This document shows positions 1 to 9,482 of a stretch of 52,662 nt of DNA, piece by piece (position 1 is the stretch's first letter; every line of letters begins with the position of its first letter). The position numbers and the translations under genes are program-made. The notes under the pieces were generated by a model, which had not been told where the DNA came from, did no database searches, and was given only the letters and a program-made list of their open reading frames with translations. The stretch spans positions 1 to 52,662 of IMG/VR virus record IMGVR_UViG_3300021446_000131; one strand, given 5' to 3'. The stretch is from a virus (Duplodnaviria > Caudoviricetes).

Positions 1-667
1 CGTCAGGATTCTGGAACGCCTCACGGAACTGCTCTTTGCGAATCGACTCCATCGTTACGAAGTCGAGTGCCGCAAACCACAGCGCCTTGGCACGCATCGA
101 CTTGTTCGTCGGCACCGACTGCTCGACAGTCACGCTGTCTTCCTCAATCCAGTCGGCATCACTGGCATCTATCTCGACGTCACGAGACTCTGGCTCGAAG
201 TCGATTGTTGACTCCGACACGAGGGACTCGTACAGGTCGATGGCAATGATTTGTTTGTGTGTCTCAGCAAACCTAAAGATATTTTCACGAGACTGTGCGT
301 GAGCGCCAGTGACAAGTTGTTCTTTCTGTTGGGTCACAAAATTGTCCTCCTCCCTACTGCGGTGATGCTTACAGACGTCGGAATCACGATTAAACTGTCG
401 GCCCGACGGACCAGTACAAAATCTGCGACACCCGTATCGCTTGTAGGTGTGTTTCATAACCGCCGAACAGACGTAATAGCCAACGTCGTCCTTAGTCACA
501 GGCGTGGGGGAACCGCCACGTAAACGGAACTCGCCACAGTTGTCTTGTCCCCACCACTGCTCGTCAGATGCGTCGTACCAGCACTCCTCTGCCGAGTCAC
601 CCAAAGGTAGCTCGTCAGGCAAATGTGGATGTTCCTCGGGTGGCAGTCTGTCAGTTTTGTCAGGCAT
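1..667 (-). CDS. Partial CDS (>222 aa, runs off left edge); putative terminase small subunit
   Basis: Manual translation from ATG 667 has no stop down to base 1 (absent from ORF track): MPDKTDRLPP...CSAVMK...RFC...VCKHH...LVTGAHAQ...; the C/C/CxxH plus TGAHA pattern resembles TerS N-termini; acidic; same strand as the structural genes. Confidence 0.5.
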   Translation of the reverse strand, partial: MPDKTDRLPPEEHPHLPDELPLGDSAEECWYDASDEQWWGQDNCGEFRLRGGSPTPVTKDDVGYYVCSAVMKHTYKRYGCRRFCTGPSGRQFNRDSDVCKHHRSREEDNFVTQQKEQLVTGAHAQSRENIFRFAETHKQIIAIDLYESLVSESTIDFEPESRDVEIDASDADWIEEDSVTVEQSVPTNKSMRAKALWFAALDFVTMESIRKEQFREAFQNPD

Positions 668-1112
668 GAAAACGTGTGGCGTGGAAGGTGTCTGGCAACA
701 ACAGACGTGACGAGCGTGGAAGCGAAAGGCGTGTTGGGCAGGCAGTTGGCGCGAAGCGTGACCTGCCTGTCTAAAACGGTAATGCCAATCAGTTTAAAAG
801 ACAGTGTAACATCAGACGTAACTGATTTATATATCGCTGAACATCTGCGTTACAACCCGTTGCAGATGTGCGAAACTATTGAAGTGCAGTTCGGTGGAGC
901 GCGACACAGTTTAGTTCGATTTTAAGATGCCTGAGAAGCCTCTCAGACAATTCTGTTAGCATGTGAGTGGTGAGCATCGGCTTGACCATAAAGTCGATTG
1001 TGCAGCCTCTCAGCGGCCTTAAAATTGACTGGCTTCTGGCGCCCCGAGGCGTGTGATACGTTAGCACGTCAGAGCGCGTACCAAAACAATTGCGCTTACC
1101 ACGTAACTACAT

Positions 1113-1243
1113 AGTACAATAACGTTGTTGTAATAACGCGTGTATTGAATTACAGCTACAGTGACAAGATAGACAGCAAACGTAACGTAGCGGTTATAGA
1201 CAAACGCTTACACCTTCTATGTAACGTAACTGTTGGCTGTAAT
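1113..1243 (-). repeat. ~130-bp AT-rich element, inverted partner of 11157-11282
   Basis: Reverse complement TTACAGCCAACAGTTACGTTACATAGAAGGTGTAAGCGTTTG... aligns with TTACAGCTAACAGTTACGTTACAGAAGATGTAAGCGTTTG... at ~11158. Confidence 0.8.
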
Positions 1244-1647
1244 TTACACTGACTTACCGCGTCGTCGGTAGGGCTATGTAGCCCTTGTCACCGCACCTTG
1301 CACTTGTGTTGCTGTCTTACTCACATGCCTTACGGCCAACACGGCACTGGGACACCAGAGTGGCATGACAAATCATGATAGACTCATGTGGCGCGTCAGG
1401 TCAGTGCGGCGCGTCAGTTCTGTGTCGCCTGTCAGCGGCTCTGAGCGGGCGCTCACGCCGTTCTGTTGGTAGAGTAGTGCCAGACCACCATCTTGACATT
1501 AGAATCGATTGAGCGGCCCGTCAGACGGCTTAGAAACGAACGCCTTTGACGCGTCCCAAAACCAGAGCACGTAAACGGCGTGTAAGCCTATCAGGTACAG
1601 GACGAACAGCAGGATGATAATCGCATCGCGCTTCACACTCGACATGC

Positions 1648-2265
1648 TCATAGCAACTCAGACTTTTGGCGAATAAGCGACCTGACACGCCGCAACGTCT
1701 CGATGTCGCTGTCGATGTCATCGACGAGCGTGTGGAACATCGGTTCGTTGTGCAGTGGCCTGCCGCCGCGCTCCATCCGTATTTCGCCTTCCACCAACTC
1801 GATTGTGGCGAGGATAGCCTCTGGCTTGCTGTACATGCCCAGATGTTTCATGTTAATCGATTTGATGACACGTGTCACTTTCTTGGCGACGTAGCGACCG
1901 ACTTCGAGGCGGGTGCAAAGCGTCTGAATCCAGCGACGTGTCTCGGCCTTTCGATTCTGTGTCCGACGAGAGGAGTGATACATCCCGTCGTTGATTTTGG
2001 CAAGTCGTTCGTACTGGTCGTCATGGCCGTGAAACGTGGTACGTGTCAACGACCTGCCATCGTTCATGCTGTCTTTCATGTCATCTCGCTTGGCCGTAAA
2101 TTGTCTGTTGCTGCTTGAAGAGAGGTAGCGTGTCAGGTCGTTGTTAATTTCAGGGTTCTGTAGCGCGTTACTAACAACATTCTGACACGTACCAGGCGAA
2201 TTGTCAACGTCACAGTAGTCAGTGTCAATGTCGTAATTGTCAAGTGCAGGATGGTCGTCAGACAT
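1648..2265 (-). CDS. TFB/TFIIB-like protein (single cyclin-fold repeat, no Zn ribbon)
   Basis: YERLAKINDG linker-like segment, then RRWIQTLCTRLEV...LGMYSKPEAILATI resembling a TFIIB cyclin repeat; TTTATAT TATA-like box at ~2298-2304 on the minus strand. Confidence 0.5.
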   Translation of the reverse strand: MSDDHPALDNYDIDTDYCDVDNSPGTCQNVVSNALQNPEINNDLTRYLSSSSNRQFTAKRDDMKDSMNDGRSLTRTTFHGHDDQYERLAKINDGMYHSSRRTQNRKAETRRWIQTLCTRLEVGRYVAKKVTRVIKSINMKHLGMYSKPEAILATIELVEGEIRMERGGRPLHNEPMFHTLVDDIDSDIETLRRVRSLIRQKSELL

Positions 2266-2314
2266 GTGTCACATCAGTTATATTACACATTGCCGACATA
2301 TAAAGTTGTTGTTT

Positions 2315-2331
2315 CCTAATCATAATTCTGG
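2315..2331 (+). promoter_or_regulatory. 17-bp CCTAATCATAATTCTGG motif (first of 8 copies)
   Basis: Copies at 2315, 6591, 6651, 8503, 10086, 11648, 12360 and 13607, all on the + strand. Confidence 0.7.
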
Positions 2332-2501
2332 CAAACAGTAAAATATTTTTTACACGTGTCAAGTCGGTGCCGCGTCTCAGTATAGTGACATGGGTGTCAG
2401 ACACGTGGGGCGTGTCAGTATATTGTTAGGCGTTACCGACCTGACATGTGATGGTTTGATGGGGGAAAAGACTTAACTGCTTGGCAGCCTTAGATAATAA
2501 C

Positions 2502-3194
2502 ATGGTTGACACGTGTCACCAATGTGGCAAAGAGTACAAGAAAATTGCTACTCACTGGACAATGAGTAGTTGTGACCACAAACCCTTTACAGATTACCAA
2601 CATGAAGTTTGCACTGGATTACTGATGGGAGACGGATACATTCATAGAAGTCTGTCAACGCCTAAGCTCGTAGTAGATATGACTGCTAAAAATTATCTTA
2701 ACTATCTTTCTAATGAGGTGTTTTCGAGTGAAAGTGGCGAACCATTTCTAAAGAGGTCTGCCGAGCGGGCTGCTGAAAGAAGCAGAGAGCGGGGCAAAAA
2801 CCCAGACGCTAAAGCTGAGAACTACTCTAACCTGTACCGTTGGCATACAATGTGTCACCCTGGCCTACAGACTTACGCGAACTGGTACAGAAGCGGCAGT
2901 AAGGTTTTTCCGCCAAACATAGAACTGACACCAACTGTGCTAAAGCACTGGTACTGCGGTGACGGCAGCCTCACCCACCACGGTTGCCCAAAAATAACTC
3001 TTTGCAACGAAAGTGATAACAAAAATAAGATTAACGAGATGTTTAGTCGTGTAGAGTTGACAGATTTCTTTTGGAAAGAAAACAAGTCTGAGACGACAAT
3101 CCAGTTTAGAGCAGAAGGAGCAGAAAACTTCTTTGAGCACATTGGTTCGCCGCTGCCAGATTTCTTATACAAGTGGGCTGATGCGTATCAGTAG
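2502..3194 (+). CDS. Zn-finger LAGLIDADG homing endonuclease (copy 1)
   Basis: CHQCG..HW..C N-terminus; GLLMGDG and LKHWYCGDG motifs; start moved to ATG 2502 by alignment with the paralogues. Confidence 0.85.
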   Translation: MVDTCHQCGKEYKKIATHWTMSSCDHKPFTDYQHEVCTGLLMGDGYIHRSLSTPKLVVDMTAKNYLNYLSNEVFSSESGEPFLKRSAERAAERSRERGKNPDAKAENYSNLYRWHTMCHPGLQTYANWYRSGSKVFPPNIELTPTVLKHWYCGDGSLTHHGCPKITLCNESDNKNKINEMFSRVELTDFFWKENKSETTIQFRAEGAENFFEHIGSPLPDFLYKWADAYQ

Positions 3195-3668
3195 GTACTT
3201 TATTTTGACACTGTGTTGAAACGATAGGACTCTCTCTTGTGGTACAGACGGGGACCACACCGCAATGACATAACATTTCTGACAAGACCTAATTAATCAC
3301 CGTACGGCGTGGGTGTACACCCATATGTCAGATTTGATTTGTTTGTGTTCGATACTTTCGGGTTTGTGCCATATGTCTTGCAATTTCAGGTGCATGATAC
3401 GTTCCTTAATCGGTCGTTAATCAGGCTTCTGTCGGGTGGTTTGACAGGTTTTTCTTTCACGCTACTGACGTACTGTTCACACCAGTATCGTGTGCCGTGA
3501 ACGGTTTGAACACACGTAAACTCATGTGAACAGTCACGTTAATGATGTGTTAAACAGCCATTTTACATACTATCAGCAGTATGGTCACCCACAATACGAT
3601 TCGCATCGCCGCTACTGTCTGTTGTTCTGACAAGTTCATTGTTCTGGTAATTTTCTGTTACTGTTAGC

Positions 3669-4229
3669 TTACTGGTAGTAGTACGCACCTTCGGGTACTG
3701 CTTTGTCGTAATGTTGACACACCTGTTCAATCCAACAGGTCGGTGCGATGCATGGGCGTTGCTTGTAGCCGAACCCACCGACGTGATGCACCGCAGCCAC
3801 TTGTGCGACGACTTCGCCGAATAACACCTGCGTGACATTCGGCGGATAGTGGTCTACCATCCGATACCATTTGGTAAACTCACCTTCAGGACTGAAGTCA
3901 CAGTCGTGTGACAGGTGGCCGTACCAGTCATGGACTGCACGGCCTTTCAAGTTCTCCGTCTGTGTCATGTAGCGGAGAACGTCCCCGCCACTGAATATCT
4001 TCAACGTGTCAGACTTGGTAACCGACTGTTTCATATCAGCATAGTCACTGTATGGGTCATCTGACACGAACGTGACGTCGACAGGTATGCTGTCGAACAA
4101 TTGACTGTTGACGTCGGCCATCTCCCTGAAGGCTCTACTCCGTACGTGATATGGCTGTCGTTGCCAACTTTCTGACACGTACGCTTCGCCAATGTCGTCA
4201 CACCATTGGGGATGACAGTTGTCTGTCAT
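3669..4229 (-). CDS. RAVHDxxGH-motif protein (possible zincin-like metalloenzyme)
   Basis: NLKGRAVHDWYGH...FSPEGEF...LFGEVVAQ motif series. Confidence 0.5.
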   Translation of the reverse strand: MTDNCHPQWCDDIGEAYVSESWQRQPYHVRSRAFREMADVNSQLFDSIPVDVTFVSDDPYSDYADMKQSVTKSDTLKIFSGGDVLRYMTQTENLKGRAVHDWYGHLSHDCDFSPEGEFTKWYRMVDHYPPNVTQVLFGEVVAQVAAVHHVGGFGYKQRPCIAPTCWIEQVCQHYDKAVPEGAYYYQ

Positions 4230-4570
4230 GGACGGGCCCGTTGATTACTGACACGCAGTTGATACGCGGTGTTCTCTTTGAACGTGTCGGTGTCCATGAA
4301 CGGCAGCGGGGGACATGAGAGTTTCAGGTCCGCGCCAGTGTCTCGGAAGTGTGTGCCACCTTCAAGATACTCGACATGTCGACACGTCCACTCGCCGTCA
4401 TAATCGAGTAGTGCCACGAACCTGCCGCCGTGTCCACGGGACTGCCGTCGACTCGCCGTCCGTGCTTTGTGGAATAGTTCTGACAATACTGACACGTCGG
4501 CTGCAATACTGTCAGAACTTTGTAATCTTTCCTTCAACTCGCTGATTGCTTCTTTGTTGTCAATTGTCAT
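4226..4570 (-). CDS. Hypothetical protein
   Basis: Overlapping start/stop with both neighbours, operon-like. Confidence 0.6.
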   Translation of the reverse strand: MTIDNKEAISELKERLQSSDSIAADVSVLSELFHKARTASRRQSRGHGGRFVALLDYDGEWTCRHVEYLEGGTHFRDTGADLKLSCPPLPFMDTDTFKENTAYQLRVSNQRARP

Positions 4571-4977
4571 GGTTCTGACTGTGCTTCATCGATGTAGCCC
4601 TCTCGATACTTCCGTACTGCACCGTCGTTGAATATCCATTGAGCTTTATCGCACGGTGGCTCCGTCCACGTTCCTTTACCTGTCCTGTCACTGTAGCCAC
4701 ACATTGCCCGAAGTTTCGGAGCAATGACATTGGCGTATCTCGCAGAATCCGTTGGGACACGAACGTTTTCGGGTTCCATGTCCATCGGTGCAGCCTCTTG
4801 TCGGCCAAGCTGATATGCTTCTTTCTCTACATACTCGCCGATTTGTTCGACACTTGGCAAGTCATCCCACATGTCCATGTGCTCAGCCATGCGACGTTTC
4901 CAGAACCGTTCTGGGTCTTGACACTTGTCTGTCATTGTTCGAACCACGTGTGCGTCTCGTCTCGCGTCTGCCCACAC
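4567..4977 (-). CDS. Hypothetical protein (Cys-containing C-terminus)
   Basis: Acidic ORF overlapping the next gene; start uncertain. Confidence 0.55.
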   Translation of the reverse strand: MWADARRDAHVVRTMTDKCQDPERFWKRRMAEHMDMWDDLPSVEQIGEYVEKEAYQLGRQEAAPMDMEPENVRVPTDSARYANVIAPKLRAMCGYSDRTGKGTWTEPPCDKAQWIFNDGAVRKYREGYIDEAQSEP

Positions 4978-5050
4978 GTTCGGTGCAGGTCCGCGATTTG
5001 TGCATCCGAATACGTTGCTTCAAGTCCGCACTCCGTGCATCGCAGGTCAC

Positions 5051-5287
5051 TCATTGGTCTGTCTCCGTGACATGAAGGTCAGTGTGGCTCTTTTGGTGAG
5101 TCACACCGATAATCTCCATGCCAACATCCTCGAGAGTATTGAGCACGGGTGCGCCCACAATCCCCTGAGAGACCCTGATGACGAACTTGTCGCCGTCGCA
5201 AATCGGTTCGACTCCGCCATGGGACTGGGCGACGGAGTCGCTCTTAATTGCCTGTTCAATACGCCGTCTCGGGTTGTTGTCTGTCAT
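5051..5287 (-). CDS. Hypothetical protein
   Basis: 78-aa ORF with ATG start, in line with its neighbours. Confidence 0.55.
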   Translation of the reverse strand: MTDNNPRRRIEQAIKSDSVAQSHGGVEPICDGDKFVIRVSQGIVGAPVLNTLEDVGMEIIGVTHQKSHTDLHVTETDQ

Positions 5288-5449
5288 GGTTGTGTCGCCG
5301 CCGCCTTAGCACACCTGAAACGCATAGTCTTTCGAAGGTGTGGCGTCTGATTCTCAGCCGTCTTGCATGGCTGTCTGCACCGACTTGTCTCACAAGTCGG
5401 TCGGATGGGCGGACACGGACTTGCACCGCGTCAATGCCACTGTGGCCGC

Positions 5450-5626
5450 CTAACTGTCGTTAAACTCGACACTCGCTTCGTCCTTCGCCAGCGCCTCAAG
5501 CTCGCCCACTGTCAAGTGAGTCGCGGCGATGTAACCATCGCCAGTGACGTCAATCAACACCGACTTGCCGCCACGCAGGTAGTTGCCAACCGTCACACCG
5601 TTCTCAAGTTCGATTGTCTCAGCCAT
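5450..5626 (-). CDS. Small hypothetical protein (58 aa, below ORF-track cutoff)
   Basis: Manual translation MAETIELENGVTVGNYLRGG...VEFNDS*; overlaps the stop of 5619..5885. Confidence 0.55.
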   Translation of the reverse strand: MAETIELENGVTVGNYLRGGKSVLIDVTGDGYIAATHLTVGELEALAKDEASVEFNDS

Positions 5627-5885
5627 CGTACTTGAGCCACAGGATTATCTCGCCGCTCACGTCACTGCTGGCAATGTCGTTGATTATCCAGCCACTTGGG
5701 GGCTTGAAGTCGGTGCCGACGTCGACCATCACCGCAATTTGGTCACTGGCGAGACCACTGCCGCGAAACGCTTTGTTTACCGCGTCATACAGCACGTCTG
5801 CGTTCTTCGGGTAGGTTGCAAGCTGCATCGTTGCCTCAATGGCCCGTCGTCCGAGTCGAACGGACGTGTCGCCTACAACGGGCAT
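5619..5885 (-). CDS. Hypothetical protein
   Basis: Acidic ORF; start probably the internal ATG (MQLATY). Confidence 0.5.
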   Translation of the reverse strand: MPVVGDTSVRLGRRAIEATMQLATYPKNADVLYDAVNKAFRGSGLASDQIAVMVDVGTDFKPPSGWIINDIASSDVSGEIILWLKYDG

Positions 5886-6769
5886 CTGACCGCACGCACG
5901 TGTCTGTCACCTTACTGCACCAGTAGCAAGCGGCCTACTCGGCGTGAGTAGGGCATGTCAGTAAGAGGTTGTCCACCACCGCAGTTTTTCACCTGCATAC
6001 CCGTAGCATTGCCCCACGGTACAGGGTTGTGGCCTGTGGGTGTCATCCGACAAGAGTAGGCTACCAAACAGCAACACACTGTCTCTCTCGTCGGGGGCTT
6101 GTTCTCGACATGGCACGGGTAGGCCGTCCATGCCGTCTGACACGGTGTCAGAGCGACGTGTACACGTCTTGTGCAACTTTACTTAAAGATACCCCCTGTT
6201 TACACAACAGTAGTGTACACAACAAACCACTGGCGGACACATCTGTACACTGACGCATAGACCCATACATGCCAACCGACTTAATTTAACGTCATATACT
6301 TCGGACGCAATCTACATCTGTTCATTGATGTACACATCTGTTCATTAGTGACAAGTGTCGTACGTCAGTGTGCAGAAACAGATATGTACACGGCAGTAGA
6401 CACTTGTTTACTCACATGTGAGTAACTGGGTGGCAACATTTACCTGTTTTCTGTCCTTTAAGTGCCGAACGACATTACTGTGAGGCATGAAAATCGGATT
6501 GAGAATTAACGGACTGGGTGCGGGTCATGTCACTGTTCTAACACGGCAGCATGTCAACTCAGTGACACCGACCCACTCACCTGTAAATCTCCTAATGATA
6601 ATTCTGGGCCGTAGAAGCTGACTGACTGTCCGACCGACACAACACTGAATCCTAATCATATTTCTGGCGATTTTCAACGGATTGTTGTGCAGGTGTCACA
6701 TTCGCCTGTATCGGTCAGACTGGAATTGACACGACAGCATGTAACTGATATACGTTACTGCCGTTCAAT

Positions 6770-6860
6770 CGCGTCAGATTGGTGGGTGTGACGTTTGTGC
6801 TACTGTCTGGTGTCTACCACTTGTGGCACAACAAACGTACTCAGACAGCAATCTGACGCG
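6770..6860 (+). repeat. 91-bp hairpin element, copy A
   Basis: CGCGTCAGATTG...CAATCTGACGCG terminal inverted repeat; ungapped alignment to the other three copies. Confidence 0.85.
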
Positions 6861-6995
6861 AATGAGAGGGCATTGCCGTCTCCACACAGACGTGTCCCAC
6901 AAAGGGGTACGGATTCAAAATACGGGGCAGAAACAGACGGGTGCGACGAGAAAAACGCTTGTGGAAAACAAGACGGGTTCAAAATAACACCGACG

Positions 6996-7087
6996 TGACG
7001 CGTGTCAGGCACATGCCACACTACACGTTTGTGCCACCATGCCGCGTTCCAGAAACAGGATACGTAACAGGTGCCTGACGCGCGTCA
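6996..7087 (+). repeat. 92-bp palindromic direct repeat, copy 1
   Basis: TGACGCGTGTCAGGCAC...GTGCCTGACGCGCGTCA; aligns ungapped with 7798-7889. Confidence 0.85.
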
Positions 7088-7747
7088 ATCGCGTTTGTAC
7101 AACTGCAACGCCTCCGTGTAGAACGGGTCGTGACGGGTGTGCTCACCTTCATAAAAGCAATACAGGCACCATTGTTTCACAAACAGCGGGACGTCGACGT
7201 TCATACTGTCCTCGATTTGCCATAGCGCGTCACGATACTGTTCTTCCGTCCGAATCCTGTGGTCAATATCAAGCACGTCACGGGTACGACTGTCGGGACA
7301 GGCACGTTCGTATATCCCGACCATCGCCAGCGCAAACCCGCTCTTGACCCAACTAAGCCCTTGGTGGTTATCAACAAGGTACTGTTGGGCGGCACGGTAG
7401 TTTCCCCGCCGCAGGTGGTTGATAACAGCCTCGTAGCTGAAGTTGGCAAACGCATCGTGCAGCCACTCAGCCTTGTTCCATCCGTATAACGTTTGCTTAC
7501 AGGCGGTGTCGAGACTCGTGTCACCGCCGTAGTAGGCTGTAAACGCACGCTCGTGTCGCTCTCGCTCCGTCTGTATCGAGAGCACGGCGTTCACACAGGA
7601 CTTCTTAAGCATGTCGATGGCACACTCCTCTCGCCCACGGAGAATGACGTTACGACACGCCTCGAGCCTGTCTTGCACGGCATTGTAATCTTCACGTCTG
7701 TAGCCATACCACGCTTCTATCTCGTTGTCCCAGTTGATTTGAGACAT
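7085..7747 (-). CDS. HhH-GPD superfamily DNA glycosylase-like protein (Ogg2/AGOG-like)
   Basis: HhH-like GLSWVKSGFAL with Lys and downstream ACPDSR Asp; NAVLSIQT helix; start set at MSQINW behind a TATA-like box. Confidence 0.6.
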   Translation of the reverse strand: MSQINWDNEIEAWYGYRREDYNAVQDRLEACRNVILRGREECAIDMLKKSCVNAVLSIQTERERHERAFTAYYGGDTSLDTACKQTLYGWNKAEWLHDAFANFSYEAVINHLRRGNYRAAQQYLVDNHQGLSWVKSGFALAMVGIYERACPDSRTRDVLDIDHRIRTEEQYRDALWQIEDSMNVDVPLFVKQWCLYCFYEGEHTRHDPFYTEALQLYKRD

Positions 7748-7797
7748 ACAACACCCATGAAGGGGGATAGTAAAAAGTCTTTCGATGGCCACACAAT

Positions 7798-7889
7798 TGA
7801 CACGCGTCACGCACATGCCACGCTACAGGTTTCTGTCACACTGCCGCATGTCAAAAACGAGACGGTTGACAGGTGCCTAACGCGCGTCA
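7798..7889 (+). repeat. 92-bp palindromic direct repeat, copy 2
   Basis: TGACACGCGTCACGCACATGCCAC...ACAGGTGCCTAACGCGCGTCA. Confidence 0.85.
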
Positions 7890-7901
7890 CGCTACTGACG
7901 C

Positions 7902-8237
7902 CTATGCCACGTTCCGTAGCTGGCCATCAGACGTTTCGACGAGATACTGGCTATGGTCAACCGTGAACATGATGGCATCCTCCGTAAACAGGTTGACGCC
8001 AGCCACATATTCGGTCACACCGTCCATGAATATCACGGCGTTTTCGTGTGACACGTCCCCATACGCTTCAATGACAGTCACAGGTTCGGTGACAATTTCG
8101 TCGCCATCGTGCCAGCCACCTTGTCCTCCATACGACGTGAAGCCGCCGAACCGTCCCGCTATCATTCGCTGTGCGTGCTCGACCGCAAGTTCGTAGCCCT
8201 CCATCGTTTTCGGGAGGTACAGTTTCATCTGCGTCAT
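7902..8237 (-). CDS. Small PII/GlnB-like fold protein (DUF3574-like)
   Basis: FGGFTSYGGQGGW..IVTEPVTVIE pattern. Confidence 0.5.
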   Translation of the reverse strand: MTQMKLYLPKTMEGYELAVEHAQRMIAGRFGGFTSYGGQGGWHDGDEIVTEPVTVIEAYGDVSHENAVIFMDGVTEYVAGVNLFTEDAIMFTVDHSQYLVETSDGQLRNVA

Positions 8238-8581
8238 GCTACAGGTGTGAATGGTGCGGTGGGGTAATAAACCTGTTGGTCCGCTACGTTTCTAACACCC
8301 GCTTACACTTCGCACAGACGACACGGTCGTTGTGTTGGCGCCACCCCTTTGCCTCACCACATTCGTCACAGTATTGCATTTCGGTGTGGCATACGAGAGT
8401 GGCGGTAAAAAGACTTGCGGTGTTCACACAACTGACGCGTATCAGTCGAGTGACAGACAACAAACGGGTGTCACGCGTCAGTTGATTGTCACGTGCCAAG
8501 TTCCTAATGATTAATCAGGCCCCTGACGCGCCTCAGCCTTGGTGTGACGCGTCAGTGCCGAAAGCGTAGGTGTACTCGTGT

Positions 8582-8884
8582 TCACCCCAACTGCTCGTGA
8601 ACGAACACGGCTTCGCCATCCAGTGTGATATAGGACAGTGACAGCCCCAACTCCTTTATCTCTTTCAACTCGTCAGTGTACAGCGGCACAGCCTCGACAC
8701 GGACCTTGCCGTGACAGACACGAACTTCTTGTTCGCTATCGGAACGTGTCACGATTTCACGGACAGCTTCGGCAACTTCGTCGATGTCCGTCGGCCCTGC
8801 TGGTTCAGCCGTGATGTTTCCATCCCCGTCTTTTTCGACACGGATGTCGATTCCGTCAAGTTGCATGGTTTTCTCGTCTGGCAT
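8582..8884 (-). CDS. Hypothetical acidic protein
   Basis: Own TATA-like CTTAT ~25 bp upstream; N-terminus resembles that of 9159..9482. Confidence 0.65.
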   Translation of the reverse strand: MPDEKTMQLDGIDIRVEKDGDGNITAEPAGPTDIDEVAEAVREIVTRSDSEQEVRVCHGKVRVEAVPLYTDELKEIKELGLSLSYITLDGEAVFVHEQLG

Positions 8885-9158
8885 ACAGGCGACTGTTGCA
8901 GCGGGCCACTGATAAGACTGTCGGTCAACAACGGGCCTGTTCCAACAACTCCTCTGCTAACGCCATGGCCTGCTCGTCGGAAAGGGTGTGTCGTCGCATA
9001 TCAGGACACTTCAGGACCACGTTGCTGTCACCGCTTCTGTAACTCCTCCCGACCGTCCATCCGCATGGTTTTTCCACCATTGCAACCCAGTGTTGTGACG
9101 GGTGGCAAATAAGTGTTACGATAACAGAACGGTGACGCGCTACAGGTCCGTGCTGACG

Positions 9159-9482
9159 TTAGAAGGCGTAAGAGAATATCTCGACCTGCAACTGGCCGTT
9201 TTTCATCTCCACGGCGCCCAACTGTAAGCTGTCGTCCCGCATAATGTCGCGGAATGTGTTGTTGCTGATAACATTATTGCTCGTGTCAACTATTTTCACT
9301 TCCCTGTCGCTCCTGTTGTCAGTTTCACGGACCATCTCGTGGCCTGCCATCGTGACGTTGGTACGGACGTACTCGGCAAGCTCATTGTTGTGTACCTCGG
9401 TGACTTCGAATCCGTCGTCAGTTTCTTCTATCTGTACGTCTGTGTCGCCAACCGTAACGGTTTTCTCCGCCATTGCACTCAC
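9159..9482 (-). CDS. Hypothetical acidic protein
   Basis: Acidic ORF with an upstream T-rich promoter-like box. Confidence 0.65.
   Translation of the reverse strand: MSAMAEKTVTVGDTDVQIEETDDGFEVTEVHNNELAEYVRTNVTMAGHEMVRETDNRSDREVKIVDTSNNVISNNTFRDIMRDDSLQLGAVEMKNGQLQVEIFSYAF

Noticed and set aside
6800-7021. ORFs 6800..7021 and 15324..15590 sharing LSFASD.CLS.F.VP.V as a protein family
   Set aside because: The similarity is just the 91-bp DNA element; other copies are not in comparable ORFs and the peptides are not halophile-like
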